Part shown: positions 60,931-64,000 of the stretch, in pieces
Layout: the number at the start of each line of letters is the position of its first letter
Numbering within the stretch: position 1 is the stretch's first letter
Assembly (NCBI GenBank): GCA_009602735.1
Contig: WELA01003606.1
Coordinates: 239,197 to 303,196, forward strand
Length of the DNA: 64,000 nucleotides
From: Mesotaenium endlicherianum
Lineage: Eukaryota
Reading direction: 5' to 3'
Program-made: the position numbers and the translations under genes
Notes under the pieces: model-generated
Database searches by the model: none
Told to the model about the DNA's origin: nothing
Seen by the model: the letters and a program-made list of their open reading frames with translations, nothing else

Positions 60931-63790
60931 ATGGAGAATCAGGATAAACGAGAATGTCAAAAATCAGGCTGAAAGCCATGTAGCGGGACTCCGTACCTAT
61001 TCTGAAGCAGTGGCAGATACTGCAGCTAGAGAGGCTGCAGATAAGGCAGCTGCTATTTTCGCAGTCGCAGCATACCATGCTGAGGAGGAGAGAGCCAGAT
61101 TAGAAGCTGATCAAAAGCAAAGGCCGCTGAAGATACGAAAAGGAGAGAAGGACAGCCAGCTGACGAGCGCACGGTTGAAGAACTTATGGCATCAAGGGCC
61201 AATGCTCTGAACCCACCTCCTGCCGTACAACTCAATGTACCCCTAGGTCAAATACGTGACCGGCTGAATGCGGCAGGTCTTGCTGCTGCAAGAGCGAGAG
61301 GGACTGTTGAGGACACTACTCAGCGAGTAGATGCCAATGCTGCTGCTGCTTTTGCTAGACTACCACCCCAGAGTGTAGACTTGGGAGCATTGTTTGTTCA
61401 AATGCAGTCGCAAATGGCGATCATGTATCAGTTCGAACAGGAGGACAAAATAATCATAATGTCTATACTGCGGGACAGAGACCAACTAGGGTCTCAAACC
61501 ACTAGTGGTGGTGGCCGAGGGCCTAGTAAGCCCAAGCCGAAACCTCCCCAGGAATATGATCCTGAGGGAAACAGAAAATATTACCTGATCAAGTTTCTCG
61601 CGGATGTTGAGCTGTGGCTGGAGAACTACTCAGAATTGCAAGATTACGAGAAGGTCAGGCACACCGGTGCGCTACTGAAAGGCAGTGCCGCAGACTGGTG
61701 GCTTTAGTGGAAAGGAGAGCGTAAGGCTCGGCAACTCGGTGACCCTACATGGGTAGAGTTTGTCGAGAAGTTGCATGAGAAGTTTGATGTCATCAACCAG
61801 CAGGAGAAAGCTATCTATGCGATGATCTCCCTCACACTGAAGCAAACCACTTCAGTTGCTGAGTTTGCTCAAAAGTTCCAGGAGAACATAATGAAGCAGC
61901 CAGACTTGCCAGAACGGTATAGGATAGCATACTTCGGGTATGAATTGAAAGCCGAAGTCTCAGGTCATTTCGCTGAGAAGAAATATGAGAAAAAGGCTGA
62001 CTTCATCCAGGATGCTGATGCCTGGGATCAGCAGCAGTTCAATCACAAGCGCCAGAGTAATGCTTTGGTGTCTAAGGTTGTCAAAAAGCCCCACGGTTCC
62101 TACAATGCAATTGAAGGAGACCTGGCTGAGGATCAGCAGGGTGATGAATATGGGTATGAGTATAATGCTATGCAGTCTAGAGGGAGAGGTGATTTCTCTC
62201 GAGGCGGCTATGGAAGAGGTGGTGGTAAGACTAAGCCGAGACCAGCCTCAGCAAAATCGATTTGCTTCCATTGCCAGCAGCCAGGTCACTTCAGAGAGCA
62301 GTGTCCAGACAAGCACCTCCCAAAAGTCGAGAGAAAAGACAACAACAGTCAATGTGAGGATGCTAGAGATAGTGAGTCGTCACTAGCTGCCCTCGTAGCA
62401 GGTATTATGGGTCCTGCTGAACTGGATTCACTATGCATGCCTGACAACCAGATGAAGGAGACCATCAGCAATATAGACATCCAGAGAGTGCACACTCTAG
62501 ATGCTCTTGTTCCACCTGATGTCCAACATTTCTTTGCTAAGTCAGGAGAACAATGCGAAAGTCAGGAAAAGACAGTCCCCCCTATCCTACTGCATTGCAT
62601 GATTGCAGGTAGGAAGGTGAGGGCATTTGTTGACGGAGGGGCGTCACATACTTTTATCCACAAGGACTTAGTTAAGCGGCTAAGGCTGCCTACTGTCACC
62701 CAAGGGAATAGAAAAATATTCCTTGGAGATGCCTCAAGTATCCCGGGAGGAGTTATAACCAAGCCTATTGAGGTCCAGTTAGGTTCTGGCATTGCAGTTC
62801 TAACTGAAACGCTTACATTTGAGGTACTCAACACTGGCTTTTATGATCTCGTGCTAGGCAGGTCCTGGCTTAATACACATCAAGCTGAAGTGTGTTGGAG
62901 CAGAGGTACAATTAAAGTGAGAGGAGCCAGTGATGGGCAGACTGACTTGGCACCCACTAGTGCTCTTCCTCTTGTCCTGTATGAATGGCAAATGAAGGAA
63001 AAGAAGAGGCTTCCAGAAGGATGCAAGTTGCTGAATGCAATGGAGTTCGTCAATAGCTAGAACTAGAAGGAAGACAGAATGTTCCGTCTGCTGCTAAGAG
63101 AGGTACCTCCTTAACCGGAAGAAGTGGTGGAGAAAAAGGTAAGCCCTCCGGAGCACCCTACTGCTGCGAAAATTGTTGCTCAGTACACGGATGTATTTCA
63201 TATGCCTCAAGAACTACCCCCTAAGCGGGAAGTAGATCATAGGATTGATTTATTACCTGGTAGTCAGCCACCTTGGAAACGCACGTATGGCTTGTCTTAT
63301 GTGGAGAGCGAGAAGTTGAAAACACAGATTGCAGAGCTTGAGGAAAATGGTTATATTTCTCCCAGTAAATCACCTTACGGCGCACCCATCCTATTTGTTA
63401 AGAAAAAGGATGGCAATACGCAGATGTGTGTGGATTATAGAGCCCTGAACAGAATTACGGTAAAGAACAAGTATGCTTTACCCAGAATCGAGGACTTGCT
63501 TGATACCGAGTCTGGTGCTAAGGTGTTCAGTAAGATAGATCTCAAGAGTGGTTATCATCAAATCAAAATTGCTTAGGGGGTTGAACACAAAACTGCCTTC
63601 CGCATACGTTGTGGACACTATGAGTTCAACGTGATGCCATTTGGACTGACTAATGCTCCTGCTACCTTCATGGGTGCTATGAATGACATTTTCAGACCTT
63701 ATTTGGATAAGTTTGTGCAAGTTTTCCTGGATGATATTTTAATTTTCTCTAAAGATGAAGCTCAGCACACTGAACACTCTGAGAAAAAAT
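60931..63790 (+). pseudogene. gag-protease-RT of family A copy 2
   Basis: CFHCQQPGHFREQC; VDGGAS...[38 protein letters not shown]; several stops. Confidence 0.9.
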
Positions 63791-63799
63791 CACTTATAT

Positions 63800-64000
63800 T
63801 GTAGTGAAACAGATAGATAAAGTACTTAGTAAAACAGAATACTTTATCTATTCAAGACAAGGATCTTTGAACACAAGTGGTAGCTTCTTGAAAGAGAGAT
63901 GGCTTCTTGAAAGTTGATATATTTTTGGATTTTGGCAAGTACAAGAGTGATTCTGGAATGTCTTTCTATGTTCTAGCTCTTGTTTATATACTTGCTACAT
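63800..64000. repeat. LTR family D copy interrupting the RT of family A copy 2 (partial)
   Basis: Homologous to the start of 56567-57065. Confidence 0.85.

Larger units (their letters stand above)
60137..64000 (+). mobile_element. Ty3/Gypsy LTR retrotransposon, family A copy 2 (5' part; runs off the window)
   Basis: 5' LTR 60137-60857; PBS TGGTATCAAAGCC at 60859; gag-PR-RT follows. Confidence 0.9.

Overview
Eukaryotic, intron-containing genomic DNA, most likely a streptophyte (charophyte-grade) green alga; this is inferred from a TZP-like gene, chromoviruses and a DNMT-bearing Gypsy element. The first ~26 kb holds two minus-strand spliced host genes: a parallel beta-helix (GGA[I/L]-repeat) protein and a TANDEM ZINC KNUCKLE/PLUS3 (TZP)-like gene. 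A degenerate DIRS/Ngaro-like tyrosine-recombinase remnant lies between them. Two seemingly exact tandem duplications split by single Ns are probably assembly artefacts. At 28-30 kb there is a foldback/MITE cluster. 30-64 kb is a nest of Ty3/Gypsy LTR retrotransposons; most can be delimited by TG...CA ends, PBS/PPT and 5-bp TSDs. The most notable element is a GC/CpG-rich Gypsy-type retroelement whose pol frame carries a complete C5 cytosine DNA methyltransferase domain between protease and reverse transcriptase. A chromovirus with an unexplained ~530-codon extra ORF 3' of its integrase is also present.
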